Positions 31,316 to 40,643 are shown, numbered from the stretch's first letter. The stretch: 64,000 nt of DNA from an uncultured Microthrixaceae bacterium (GCA_942490665.1 CALNXV010000001.1:3661-67660); one strand, 5' to 3'. Program-made: numbers and translations. The notes: generated by a model not told the origin, from the letters alone.

Positions 31316-32008
31316 GTGACCGGGACTCCGCCGCCGCTGACGGGTCGGCGCGGTCCCCAGCCGGGGGAGTTCGACGCGCCGAAGCAGGAGCGCACGCGCC
31401 AGCAGCTGGAACGGATCCTGGAGGAGGCGGACCGGTTGTTCGCCGAGCGTGGCTACCGGGCGACCAAGCTGACTGACATCGCAGCGGCGGTGCCGTGTTC
31501 GATGAGCGCGATCTACGACCGATTCGGCGGCAAGGCCGAGCTGCTTCGATACATGCATCAACAAGGCGCAGAGGAGGCGGTGGCACTCGTCGGGGCGCTC
31601 GGGCCGCTCGGTGAGACTGGCGGAGCGCCGGACGGCGACCTGCGCGACACGCTTCCTCAGGCGCTCGAGATGGGGCTCGAGATCATCCGTCGCTACCGAG
31701 GACGACGCCGCGCGTCGCTCGAGCGCATGTACGACGATCCGGGACTCGCAGAGATCGAGCTGGCGATCCAGAACGGAGTCCTCGAGGCGGGCCAGCGGTA
31801 CCTGCTTGCGTACCGGCACCAGTTCGATCACCCGGACCCGGAGCTCGCGGCGTTCCAGGCGATGCGTCTGCTGATGGCGATGGTGGAGCAACGCGAGAGC
31901 TCCTTGCCGACCCCCGCCGGCACGATGCTCTCCGAGGAGCAGTTCATCGGAGAGCTGGAGCGCATGGTGCTCGGCTACCTGGGTGCTCCGCACGGTCGAA
32001 CCCGTTGA
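31316..32008 (+). CDS. TetR/AcrR family transcriptional regulator
   Basis: RTRQQLERILEEADRLFAERGYRATKLTDIAAAVPCSMSAIYDRFGGKAELL is a TetR N-terminal HTH. The GTG start at 31316 was chosen because the upstream in-frame part looks like an IS remnant. Confidence 0.8.
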   Translation: MTGTPPPLTGRRGPQPGEFDAPKQERTRQQLERILEEADRLFAERGYRATKLTDIAAAVPCSMSAIYDRFGGKAELLRYMHQQGAEEAVALVGALGPLGETGGAPDGDLRDTLPQALEMGLEIIRRYRGRRRASLERMYDDPGLAEIELAIQNGVLEAGQRYLLAYRHQFDHPDPELAAFQAMRLLMAMVEQRESSLPTPAGTMLSEEQFIGELERMVLGYLGAPHGRTR

Positions 32009-32111
32009 CGGCCCCTCCGTAATATGAGAATCTAGATTCGCATTGCGGGGAGGCGTGCTCAAGTCGGGCACGCGATCGAGTCGACCCGCGCCGCCAAGGG
32101 GGAGCGACCAC

Positions 32112-33068
32112 ATGAACTACCGGGGTTGGATGTTCATCGGGCTGTCCAAGGACTACGCCAAGGGCAACGTGACGGAGCGGACGCTGATGAACGAGAAGTG
32201 CCTCGTCTTCCGTTCGGGGTCCGGCACCCTGAACGTGGTCGAGCCCTACTGCTCGCACTTCGGGGTCAACATGGCGACCGGGCGTGTGGTGAAGGACTGC
32301 CTGCAGTGCCCGATGCACGGGCGGCTCTTCCGCGGCGACGGGCGCGGCGCCAACCGAACCCATCGACCGATCCGTTCGTATCCCGTCGCCGAGCGTCGCG
32401 GGCTCGCGTACGCCTACTTCGACCACGAGGGTGTCGAGCCGGCCTGGAGCGCGCCGGAGCTCCTGGGCGACGACGAGCCCGACGTCCTCTGGCGGCACAC
32501 GCGCATGCTGTCGATCCACCACCCGAGCGTGCCCGTCGACAACAGCATCGACCCGCGCCACTTCGAGTTCACGCACTCCATGTTCGGCAGGTGCATCGAG
32601 GAGGGGGTGTTCGAGCCCGACGGCCATCGCGGGCTCGCGACGATGGCCACCCAGCTCACGCCACCCCTGTCGTATGTTTCGGGCGGTCGGGCCTCGGTCG
32701 TGACGCGGTTTGACGGGCCGTTGAACACGCACCTCACCTCGAACATCGGTGACCGGGCGTCGGTCCTGTGCAACTTCGTGACCATCATCGAGGGCAAGCA
32801 GTGCCTGTTGACCCAGCTCGGGATCGGCCGACGCAGCTACAACCCGCTTCGCTTGTTCGAGGACGCGGTCAGCTTCGCCGCATCGTGGAACGCGACGCGG
32901 GAGGACGCAGCGGTGTGGAACAACCGCAAGCCCCAGGCACCGGACAACTACCCGCACCAGACCGACGCCGCGCTGTCGCAGTTCCGGGCCTGGTTCGAGG
33001 GGTTCGCGTACTCGCCGAGTGAGGTTCCTCAGGTGCGCGTGAAGCCCGTCGCAATCGGTGCGAGGTGA
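32112..33068 (+). CDS. Rieske [2Fe-2S] domain oxygenase-like protein
   Basis: Intact 318 aa with CSHFG-x17-CPMHG. Confidence 0.8.
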   Translation: MNYRGWMFIGLSKDYAKGNVTERTLMNEKCLVFRSGSGTLNVVEPYCSHFGVNMATGRVVKDCLQCPMHGRLFRGDGRGANRTHRPIRSYPVAERRGLAYAYFDHEGVEPAWSAPELLGDDEPDVLWRHTRMLSIHHPSVPVDNSIDPRHFEFTHSMFGRCIEEGVFEPDGHRGLATMATQLTPPLSYVSGGRASVVTRFDGPLNTHLTSNIGDRASVLCNFVTIIEGKQCLLTQLGIGRRSYNPLRLFEDAVSFAASWNATREDAAVWNNRKPQAPDNYPHQTDAALSQFRAWFEGFAYSPSEVPQVRVKPVAIGAR

Positions 33069-33280
33069 CGCTCGGACCAGCAGCTCCCCTCGACGCAGCT
33101 GGAGCGGCACATCCGAACGACGCGTTCCGTCCCCATCTCGGAGCGCATCTGGGACACGGCGACCAGGTGGTCGGAGGATCGATCGCGTGTCCGTTCCACG
33201 GGTGGCAGTTCGACCCCGCGGGGAGGAACACCAAGATCCCTGACAGCGCTCGGGTCAGTCGCTCGTGTTCGCTCGGTTGA
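33065..33280 (+). pseudogene. Rieske-domain remnant (first cluster Cys replaced by Arg, truncated)
   Basis: FRPHLGAHLGHGDQVVGGSIACPFHGWQFD carries RPH where CPH is expected. The ORF ends after 71 codons and runs into an HTH remnant. Confidence 0.55.
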
Positions 33281-33347
33281 ACCGCCCGGGCCGAGGCCTT
33301 CTCGGTCGACATCGACGGGGATTGCCTCAGGTTCGGCTGTCGCCGGG

Positions 33348-33611
33348 TCAGCCGGAGGAGGGTCGGCCGCGGCGCCTGATGGAAACGCACGTGTGTCGCA
33401 GTTCTCTTGTCGGCGTGGATGGTGCACCGCCGAGTCGCTCGGCGATCTCAGCGAGTGTTTCGCCGTTGGCGTAGTGCCGCGCTGCCTCGGTCACCACCTG
33501 GTCGGTGAGCTTCCGGGGGGTGCGGCGGGGGACACCTCGACGCTCGAGGTGATCCATGACCGTCGTCCACCGCAGCGACTGAGCCGCGGCGATGTGCCGT
33601 CATCGCGTATC
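33348..33611 (-). pseudogene. helix-turn-helix protein remnant (resolvase/recombinase-associated HTH type)
   Basis: IAAAQSLRWTTVMDHLERRGVPRRTPRKLTDQVVTEAARHYANGETLAEIAERLGGAPSTPTRELRHTCVSIRRRGRP. The frame opens right after a stop, so the N-terminus is missing. Confidence 0.5.
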
Positions 33612-33918
33612 TCCCGAATCCGAGCCAGTCATCTGTGACGGGGTGACCGGCATACGGCGCTGAACAGCGTCCTGAGTGTCCCGTTCAGAACCACCCGGCG
33701 ACAACGGGCGTCCAGGCCCTGGTCGGGCTCATCGCTCACGTCGCTCAGAGCCGACGCGAGAACTCCAACCCCGTCGAGGTCGCACCAGCACGCCTGCTTC
33801 TGACGATCGCTCGCAAGTCGCCTGCGGGGTTCATCAGGTGCGGGGCGAGTGCACCTCGTCGGTTGTCGCCTGGTGGGTGGGTCCTGCATGCGCGAGAGCT
33901 CCGGCGGGGTGTGAGGAT

Positions 33919-35115
33919 GTGGCGGTGACGGACGACGTGGACAGCTCGGGCGTGGCGCCTTCGGCGTTCGGTGGGGACTTCGATCTGCAGGACTTCCACC
34001 GCGGCTTCACGCTCGACGAGATCACTCCCGGGAACATGCAGCGTTGGCCGTACTACCGAGTGGTGAGCGCCCGCTGGTCGGACTACGTGCAGACGGCGAC
34101 AGTTCCCCTGCGGCCGGCGAGGGTCCCACGTCAGCTCGTGCTGGGTGAGCGGTTCGATCTGAACCAGGAGTTCCGCGAGAAGAAGCGCTATCTGCAGTCC
34201 CTCGTCGACTGTCAGGTGAAGGGCTTCGTCGTGATCCGCGACGGCGCGATCCTCGCCGAGTTCTACGACAACGGTTTCAACCTCGGCGACGTGAACCTGT
34301 TGCAGTCGGCATCCAAGACGTACGCCGGGGTCATCGTCCACGAGCTGATCGATGCCGGCGAGCTCGACCCGACACACACGGTGGCTGGCCTCCTGTCCGG
34401 CTTCGCCGGCACGACGATCGGTGAGGCCACGGTTCAGCAGGTGCTCGACATGACGAGCGGAGCTCGGACGTTGCTCGATTTCAAGAGGACCGGAACCCCG
34501 GATCAGCAGTGGGAGGTCGAGGTCGGGCTCCAAGCCGGCGTGGCGCGGGGGCATGTCGTCGCGATCAAGGCCGCGGAGAAGGCGGCAGAGCCGGGTGCGG
34601 CGTGGAACTACAGCGACAAGAACACCGACACGTTGGCGCTTCTTGCTGAGCGGGTGACCGGCGGACCCTACGTGGACCTCGTTCAAGAGCTGTTCGACGC
34701 CTTCGGTTCGAACGATGGTGGATCCCTCACCGTCAGCGCCGAGGGAACCGCGTGCCCGTGCTACGGCATCAGCACCTCGACCCGCGACTTCGCCCTGTTC
34801 CACGAGTGGATCGGACGTGGGTCGGCGCCGGCGTCGTACTACGACTCGGCGATGGACCCCGCCAAGTCCGAGATCCGGACGACGAACCAACTCGCCGCGG
34901 CCACGTTCCCTGGCACGAACTACGGGTCACAGACCTACTTCATGGTCGCCGAGAACGTCCTCCACTCGAGCGGCTCGTACGGTCAGATCGGCATGAGCGA
35001 CATGGCCATGGGCACTGCGATCGCGATGCACGCCGACTGGGCCAACAACGCCGAGCCATCGAAGTTCGAGGAGTCGCGGGCCCGAGGCGTCGCGATCATC
35101 AACGCACTCCGCTGA
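33919..35115 (+). CDS. serine hydrolase, beta-lactamase/transpeptidase-like family
   Basis: The S-x-x-K motif LQSASKTYAGV follows IRDGAILAEFYDNG. The ORF is intact; the start (GTG 33919 or 33925) is uncertain. Confidence 0.75.
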   Translation: MAVTDDVDSSGVAPSAFGGDFDLQDFHRGFTLDEITPGNMQRWPYYRVVSARWSDYVQTATVPLRPARVPRQLVLGERFDLNQEFREKKRYLQSLVDCQVKGFVVIRDGAILAEFYDNGFNLGDVNLLQSASKTYAGVIVHELIDAGELDPTHTVAGLLSGFAGTTIGEATVQQVLDMTSGARTLLDFKRTGTPDQQWEVEVGLQAGVARGHVVAIKAAEKAAEPGAAWNYSDKNTDTLALLAERVTGGPYVDLVQELFDAFGSNDGGSLTVSAEGTACPCYGISTSTRDFALFHEWIGRGSAPASYYDSAMDPAKSEIRTTNQLAAATFPGTNYGSQTYFMVAENVLHSSGSYGQIGMSDMAMGTAIAMHADWANNAEPSKFEESRARGVAIINALR

Positions 35116-35577
35116 ACCCTGTGGGTCACGAGCCACATCGAGTTCGGCCGCGCCCGAGGAGCGGACGAGCCGTCGCGGCCGGCTCGGTATCTGCGATCGC
35201 CGGTATCGACGCGTCATCCCGGTCGGCGATCTCGACGACGACCGGTGGGGCCGTGTGTGGGGACGGGTCTGCGGCCTCCGGCGGCCCCTCGTAGCGTCAG
35301 CGTCACTCGCAGCGCGGTCCTCGGATCGTGCAACGCGGTGACCAGGCCATTTGGGGTTCGAAAGCCGTCGCCAAAGGTCCACGGACAGGTCAACGGGCTG
35401 ATCAACCGTGACTGGTTCCCGAATCTGGCCGCACAGGTCGAGAGTGACACGGCTGTTCGAAACTTCACGGCACTCGAGATCGGCCGATGCCAAGCTCACT
35501 CGGTTCCGTGGTTCTGTTCGCCGAGTACGGTGATTTCGGGGCGTCGACGGGCGCCTTCGAGCAGAAGGGGAACCAGG

Positions 35578-35928
35578 ATGACCTCCACCGACGCAACCGC
35601 GCCGAGCTTCGCCGACTTGGGTCGCGACCTCCTCCAAAGTGAGGACCTCGAGGTCGTCACGAGTCTCGTGGAACTGCCGCCCTCGTTCCAGCTTCCGACC
35701 CACCGCCACCCCGGCGAGGAGTTCGCCTACGTGATCGACGGTGCTATCTACTACTGGGAGCACGGAGCAGACGGGGAGCGCCACATGCCGTCCGGGTCGT
35801 TCGCCAAGGTCCCGTTGGGAGCGGTCCACTCCGTCCGCACGGGCGAGGACCAGGGGGCCAAGCTCGTCGTGTTCCGAGTGCACCCTCCCGGTGCTCCCGA
35901 ACGCGAACTCGTCGAGATCGACGACTGA
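35578..35928 (+). CDS. cupin domain protein
   Basis: 116 aa with THRHPGEEFAYVIDG ... VPLGAVHSV, a cupin metal-site pattern. Confidence 0.75.
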   Translation: MTSTDATAPSFADLGRDLLQSEDLEVVTSLVELPPSFQLPTHRHPGEEFAYVIDGAIYYWEHGADGERHMPSGSFAKVPLGAVHSVRTGEDQGAKLVVFRVHPPGAPERELVEIDD

Positions 35929-36060
35929 CACCCTCGTCGACGAGGGATGAAGGGGTGGCGCCCGGGCCGATCGAGCGCTCCACATTGCGGCCCGTATCGA
36001 GCGCCCGGTGACGCCCGTCGCGGTTCCTGCTCGGAGCGGACGCGAATGCTCCCACCTCGT

Positions 36061-36240
36061 CGCGGTCACTCTGGTGCGATGGACGCCGAACTCAGCAGCC
36101 AGTTGGCTGATCGTGGCGCCGGCCAGGTAGGCCGCGATGAGGTCGTGGACGTCAGCGGGGGAGAGGTGTCGCTGGGAAGGACCTGAAGGCCGTCCCTTGA
36201 GGTCCACGAGATGCCGAAGCAGCAGCATCTCAGCGATCAT
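36061..36240 (-). pseudogene. helix-turn-helix protein remnant, same family as 33348-33611
   Basis: GRPSGPSQRHLSPADVHDLIAAYLAGATISQLAAEFGVHRTRV, after which the similarity is lost. Confidence 0.45.
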
Positions 36241-36286
36241 CCGAATCGTGAGGGCGCGGACCGAGTTGGTGGCCGGGCAGCGTCAG

Positions 36287-36296
36287 CCCCCCCCCC
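36287..36296. repeat. C10 homopolymer
   Basis: CAGCCCCCCCCCCGTCGG, lying between the HTH remnant and the GH31 stop. Confidence 0.9.
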
Positions 36297-36324
36297 GTCG
36301 GTCGGGGACAGAGCGGGCGTCTCC

Positions 36325-38661
36325 TCAGATGCGTCGGATCGGTCGATCGAGGGCGTTCCCGGAACGGTCGACCACGTGGACCTCGACGTTCGGCGGGAGT
36401 CCGTCGACGACCACGGTGGGGTCGCCTCGGGTGGCGGCGACCGTCACGTCCGCGCCGTCGACCCGCGCCACGCCCCGCCAGTCCGACCTGGCGGTCGGGT
36501 CGCCGGTGCGCAGGGTCAGCTGGTCGGTGGGGCGCTCGCCGACATGGGCCATGGCTGGGCCGAGCGGGATGAGCGATGCCGCCCGCTGGTAGAGCGGGAA
36601 GTGCTCGATCGGGCTGTGGGTGCTGAGCCATGCGGGGCCGTGGTGGTGCTCGCCGGTGAACCAGTGGACCCAGTCGCCCTCCGGGAGGTACACGCGCCGG
36701 TCGCCATCGGGGTTCGCGACCGGGGCGACGAGGAGGTCGTCGCCGAGCAGCCACTGGTTGCCCAGGTGCCAGGTGGTGGGGTCCTCGGGGTGGTCGACCA
36801 CGAGGGCGCGGGCCAGCGGCACCCCCGCAGCCGCCGCGCGGCGCGCCTGGCCGAGCAGGTACGGAAGGAGCTGGTACCGCAGGTGGAGCAGGTCGCGCGC
36901 CCGCTCGGTGGTGGCGCCGCGGTCGTAGAGCTCGCGGTTGCCGAACCCGTGGATGCGGCTGTGGGAGAGGAACAGGCCGGCCTGGAGCCACCGGATGAGG
37001 AGGTCGTCGTCGGGTTCGCCGAGGAAGCCGCCGATGTCCATGCTCCAGAACGGGAACCCGCACAGACCCAACGACAGGCCGCCGGCGACGTCGGCGAAGA
37101 GGTTGTCCCACCTCGCCGAGGAGTCGCCGCCCCAATGGAGGGGGTACCGCTGGGAGCCGGCGAAGGCCGCCCGGGCCCAGATGATCCACTCACCGGTGTG
37201 CTCGTGCGTGGCTTCGGCGACGGCCCGGTTGTAGAGCAGGGGGTACCGGTTGTGCATCCGGTGACCCGGTGTGCCGTCGTGGTAGACGCCGTCGACGGGT
37301 GCCTGTTCACCGAAGTCGACCTTGATGGCCCGGGCACCGAGGTCGAACAGCTTGCCGAGCCACCGCTGGTGGACCTCGACGGCGTCAGGGTTGGTGAAGT
37401 CGATGCACCCGACACGGCCGCCCTCCCAGTCCGGCGAGTAGCAGAGCCCGATGTCGTAGAGGCTGCCGTCGTGGCGGCGGACGAACCCGTCGACCGCGGC
37501 CAGCTCGTCGAACAGCGCCGAGCCCTCGGGAATGTAGGGCAGCTGCCACAAGGACACCTTCACCCCCATCGCTGCCATGGCGTCGAGGTAGCCGGCGGGG
37601 TCGGGGAACCGGTCGGGATCGAACTCGAGGTCGCAGAGCCAGTCCCGGCGGAACCAGTGGGTGTCGAGGTGCAACACGTCGAAGGGCAGGTCCTCGACCC
37701 GCATCCGCTCGGCGACCTCGAGTGTCTCGGCGGCCGACGAGTAGGAGATCTTCGACTGCCAGAACCCGAACGACCAGTCCGGCGGCACGTTCGGCCGACC
37801 GGTCAGGTCGGTGTAGGCGCGCAGGACCTGGCGGACATCGCCGACGAACACGAAGGCGTCGAACCAGTCGTCGTCCACGGCCACCTGGAGCTGGGGCGCG
37901 GAGCGGCTGCCGATCCAGGCGGTGAGCCGGGCGTCGTGGTTGGCGAACACGCCCCACCCCGCAGTGGTGACCCAGAACGGCACGTTCTTGTAGGCCCTCG
38001 GGGTGACCGTGCCCAGTGCTTCGGTCATGTTCACGTCGATCGTCTGGCCGACCTTGTCGAGTCGGCCGAACTGCTCGCCGAACCCGTAGACGCACTCGTC
38101 GGCCCGGATCGAGAACACCTCGGTGGCCAGCCGGTGACCCGGTACGGGGGTGCGGCACACGCCGGTGGGGAAGGAGTCCCATGCGCCCATCAGGTTCGAC
38201 TCGACGCCGCCCACGGTGCCGACCCGGTGTCCGTCGGCGCGTCCGACCCGCAGCGTCGGCCCGCCCGTCTCGGGCACCTCGACCTCGATGGATGCCTCGC
38301 CGGTGGAGATGGTCGCTCCGGCACCGGTCCGTTCGGCCTGAGCCCCGTCGAGGACCGGCACATCGGTCGCCAGCATCGGCGTGTCACCGGCCGGCACGTC
38401 GGTGCCGAGCGCGAATCGGTAGCGGAAGGTGCGAGGGCCGACCGCCTCGACGCGCACGGTCAGCGAGCCGTCCTCGACCCGCTCGCCGGCGAGTGTCACG
38501 CCGTCAGGGAGTCGTGTGGCGCTGGTGTCGAAGGTGCCGGCGACATCGAGGACGACGAACCCGTCCCCCGACTCGCGGATCGTGGTCCTGGACGGACGGA
38601 ACCGATCGACCTCGAGGCGTTCGAGGTGCCGGGTCGGAGGTCGATCGGTACGAGGATCCAT
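36325..38661 (-). CDS. glycoside hydrolase family 31 (YicI-like alpha-xylosidase/alpha-glucosidase)
   Basis: Intact 778 aa with YGFGEQFG, DVLHLDTHWF, GARAIKVDFGEQAP (nucleophile region), WGGDSSARW and FWSMDIGGF. Confidence 0.9.
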   Translation of the reverse strand: MDPRTDRPPTRHLERLEVDRFRPSRTTIRESGDGFVVLDVAGTFDTSATRLPDGVTLAGERVEDGSLTVRVEAVGPRTFRYRFALGTDVPAGDTPMLATDVPVLDGAQAERTGAGATISTGEASIEVEVPETGGPTLRVGRADGHRVGTVGGVESNLMGAWDSFPTGVCRTPVPGHRLATEVFSIRADECVYGFGEQFGRLDKVGQTIDVNMTEALGTVTPRAYKNVPFWVTTAGWGVFANHDARLTAWIGSRSAPQLQVAVDDDWFDAFVFVGDVRQVLRAYTDLTGRPNVPPDWSFGFWQSKISYSSAAETLEVAERMRVEDLPFDVLHLDTHWFRRDWLCDLEFDPDRFPDPAGYLDAMAAMGVKVSLWQLPYIPEGSALFDELAAVDGFVRRHDGSLYDIGLCYSPDWEGGRVGCIDFTNPDAVEVHQRWLGKLFDLGARAIKVDFGEQAPVDGVYHDGTPGHRMHNRYPLLYNRAVAEATHEHTGEWIIWARAAFAGSQRYPLHWGGDSSARWDNLFADVAGGLSLGLCGFPFWSMDIGGFLGEPDDDLLIRWLQAGLFLSHSRIHGFGNRELYDRGATTERARDLLHLRYQLLPYLLGQARRAAAAGVPLARALVVDHPEDPTTWHLGNQWLLGDDLLVAPVANPDGDRRVYLPEGDWVHWFTGEHHHGPAWLSTHSPIEHFPLYQRAASLIPLGPAMAHVGERPTDQLTLRTGDPTARSDWRGVARVDGADVTVAATRGDPTVVVDGLPPNVEVHVVDRSGNALDRPIRRI

Positions 38662-38838
38662 GCGGAGGCTCCGGTCGAGCTGGGACGGTCAGGCGAGGTG
38701 CGCCGCGACCCGGGGCGCGTCACTCTGGGTACTCCAGCCGAGTGCGGCCGGTCGTTCTGTGTGGGGCCGGCACCGCATCTGTGGTTCGCGGCGGTCGGCC
38801 GGCTGGCCGAGCATCCCGCTGACGTTGAAGCGAGGAGA

Positions 38839-39108
38839 TCAGCCGTGCACCTCGGCCACGTACACCGTTGGCGGGGTGGTGACCCCTGCTTCCTGCATCT
38901 TCGCTGCGCGATCGGGGTCCGACATCATCGGCCCGATGAGCGCCGGGTCGCCCTCGTGGACGATCCAGACCGAGTTCGGGTCGTCGGCGTCGCGCAGGAC
39001 CGCGACGTCCGAGACACCCGCAGCCTGTCGTCCGGGTCGGTCGCCCTCGTAGATCGGCCGCCAGGTGTCGAAGTCCGCGACCTGATGCTGGATGATGATG
39101 TGCGCCAT
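38839..39108 (-). CDS. small cytoplasmic protein, family not recognised with confidence
   Basis: 89 aa from the ATG at 39106-39108: MAHIIIQHQVADFDTWRPIYEGD...VWIVHEGDPALIGPMMSDPDRAAKMQEAGV. Confidence 0.5.
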   Translation of the reverse strand: MAHIIIQHQVADFDTWRPIYEGDRPGRQAAGVSDVAVLRDADDPNSVWIVHEGDPALIGPMMSDPDRAAKMQEAGVTTPPTVYVAEVHG

Positions 39109-39347
39109 GTGAGCCTCGTCTCGGTGGACTCGTTGATGCAGGCACAGTAGCGGCCGCGGTCGCCGCCATGACCGGCCGACCGACATGTCGAAGGTCGCGC
39201 CGGGTGGCAGGTCCCCGGCAGCAGCTCAGCGGCGCTCCGAGACCCCTGTGCGCCGTCCGGTGGCCTCGAGATCGGCCTGCGCGGTCCAGAACTCCTCGCT
39301 TGGGAAGGCGCTGCTCGCTCCATCGGCCGTTGTGGTCGTCGACAGGC

Positions 39348-40643
39348 TCAACGATCGATTCCGCGACGCCAGGCGCTGTACGAGCCGATGGGTCCTGCGG
39401 TCGGGCGCCGGAGCCACGGCCACGGGTGCATCTCGGCGACGCGCAGGCGCGCCACCCGTCGCCGGAAGCCCGGCACGGGCGCGAACGTCACAGCGAGCGC
39501 TCGGCCCTGCAACACGTCGACCGGATCGCCGAGTGAGATCTCGAGGCGGTGGTCGACGGCGAGCTCCGCGAGTGCCTCGGTCAGGAACACGAGGCGCTTG
39601 GACGACAGCCGCAGCGACGCCAGCAGCGGTTCGTCGAACACGAACACGACGGGCAGCCCGGGGTGGGCCGAGAGCGCCGGATCTCGATCTCCGAGCGACT
39701 CGGCGGTGACCCAGACGGCATCCGGTTCGCCGTCCGTGACGACCTCGGACGGGCCGGCGGTGGCGCCGGGCGACGGGTCGCGGCGGAGGAGGCCGACCCG
39801 GTCGACCGGGACGAGCTCCGGGTCGGCCGGCCAGTCCTCGATCGGGCAGTCGTCGCGGAGCTCGCACGAGGTGCAGACCCCGGGTGCCCGGCGTTCGACC
39901 TGGCGGCGGCTGAACCCGTAGGGCTTCGAGGATCCCGCGCCGGTGACCCATTGCCAGCCGAGCCGGTTGGCGGCCCGCGAGCCGTCGAGGAGGTGACGGA
40001 AGAAGTGGTCCTCGCCGTCGGTCCACCGCAGTCCCTCCCGCACCGTCCAGTGGCTCGCCAGCCACATCCGGGTCTGGTTGACCAGCCACCCGTCGCGCTC
40101 GAGCTCACCCAGGGAGAGGTCGAGACACGCCAGTCGCCGCGACCATCCAGCACTCGACGCGGCGCTCCCCGCCGGGTCCGAGCCGGGGGACCGATGACGG
40201 ACGCTGCGGCGGGTGCGCCTCCCCAGACGGGCGTACCAGTGCCGAGCGAACTCCTGCCACAGCAACTCGTCGCGGAACTTCTCGACATCCCGGCCGGGAC
40301 CACCTGCGACGCGGCCCCAGACCTCCGGCAGCGAGAGCAGCCCGTGGCGGATGTACGGCGAGAGCCGGGACGCGCCACGCTCCGACTCCGGGAACACCTC
40401 GTTGCGGCGCCTGGCGTAGCCGGTGACGTCGAACGCGGCGAGCGCAGCGTCGGCGGCGACCTGGCCGCCCGTGATCGACGGAGATCCCCGGACCTCGTCG
40501 CACGTCAGGTGGGCGAGGTGCCGCGTGACGTACGCCTCGGCCGCCGTACGCCCACCACCGGGCAGCGGCAGCGAGGTCACCGCGGTCGTTCGCGGCGGAT
40601 CTGGATCGCACCCGCTGCCGGCGCCGGCGTCCTGGCCATGCAC
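39348..40643 (-). CDS. photolyase/cryptochrome-related protein with FAD-binding domain first and alpha/beta photolyase-like domain last
   Basis: SRLSPYIRHGLLS, LLWQEFARHWY, NQTRMWLASHW, FFRHLLDGSRAANRLGWQWVTGAGSSKPYGF and CTSCELRDDCP, followed by AVWVTAESLGDRDPAL...PVVFVFDEPLL...SKRLVFLTEALAEL. The start (GTG 40641-40643) is uncertain. Confidence 0.7.
   Translation of the reverse strand: MHGQDAGAGSGCDPDPPRTTAVTSLPLPGGGRTAAEAYVTRHLAHLTCDEVRGSPSITGGQVAADAALAAFDVTGYARRRNEVFPESERGASRLSPYIRHGLLSLPEVWGRVAGGPGRDVEKFRDELLWQEFARHWYARLGRRTRRSVRHRSPGSDPAGSAASSAGWSRRLACLDLSLGELERDGWLVNQTRMWLASHWTVREGLRWTDGEDHFFRHLLDGSRAANRLGWQWVTGAGSSKPYGFSRRQVERRAPGVCTSCELRDDCPIEDWPADPELVPVDRVGLLRRDPSPGATAGPSEVVTDGEPDAVWVTAESLGDRDPALSAHPGLPVVFVFDEPLLASLRLSSKRLVFLTEALAELAVDHRLEISLGDPVDVLQGRALAVTFAPVPGFRRRVARLRVAEMHPWPWLRRPTAGPIGSYSAWRRGIDR

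Noticed and set aside
36211-39150. 979-aa + strand ORF
   Set aside because: It is the mirror image of the well-supported GH31 gene on the - strand, it shows no motifs, and long antisense ORFs are expected at ~70% G+C.
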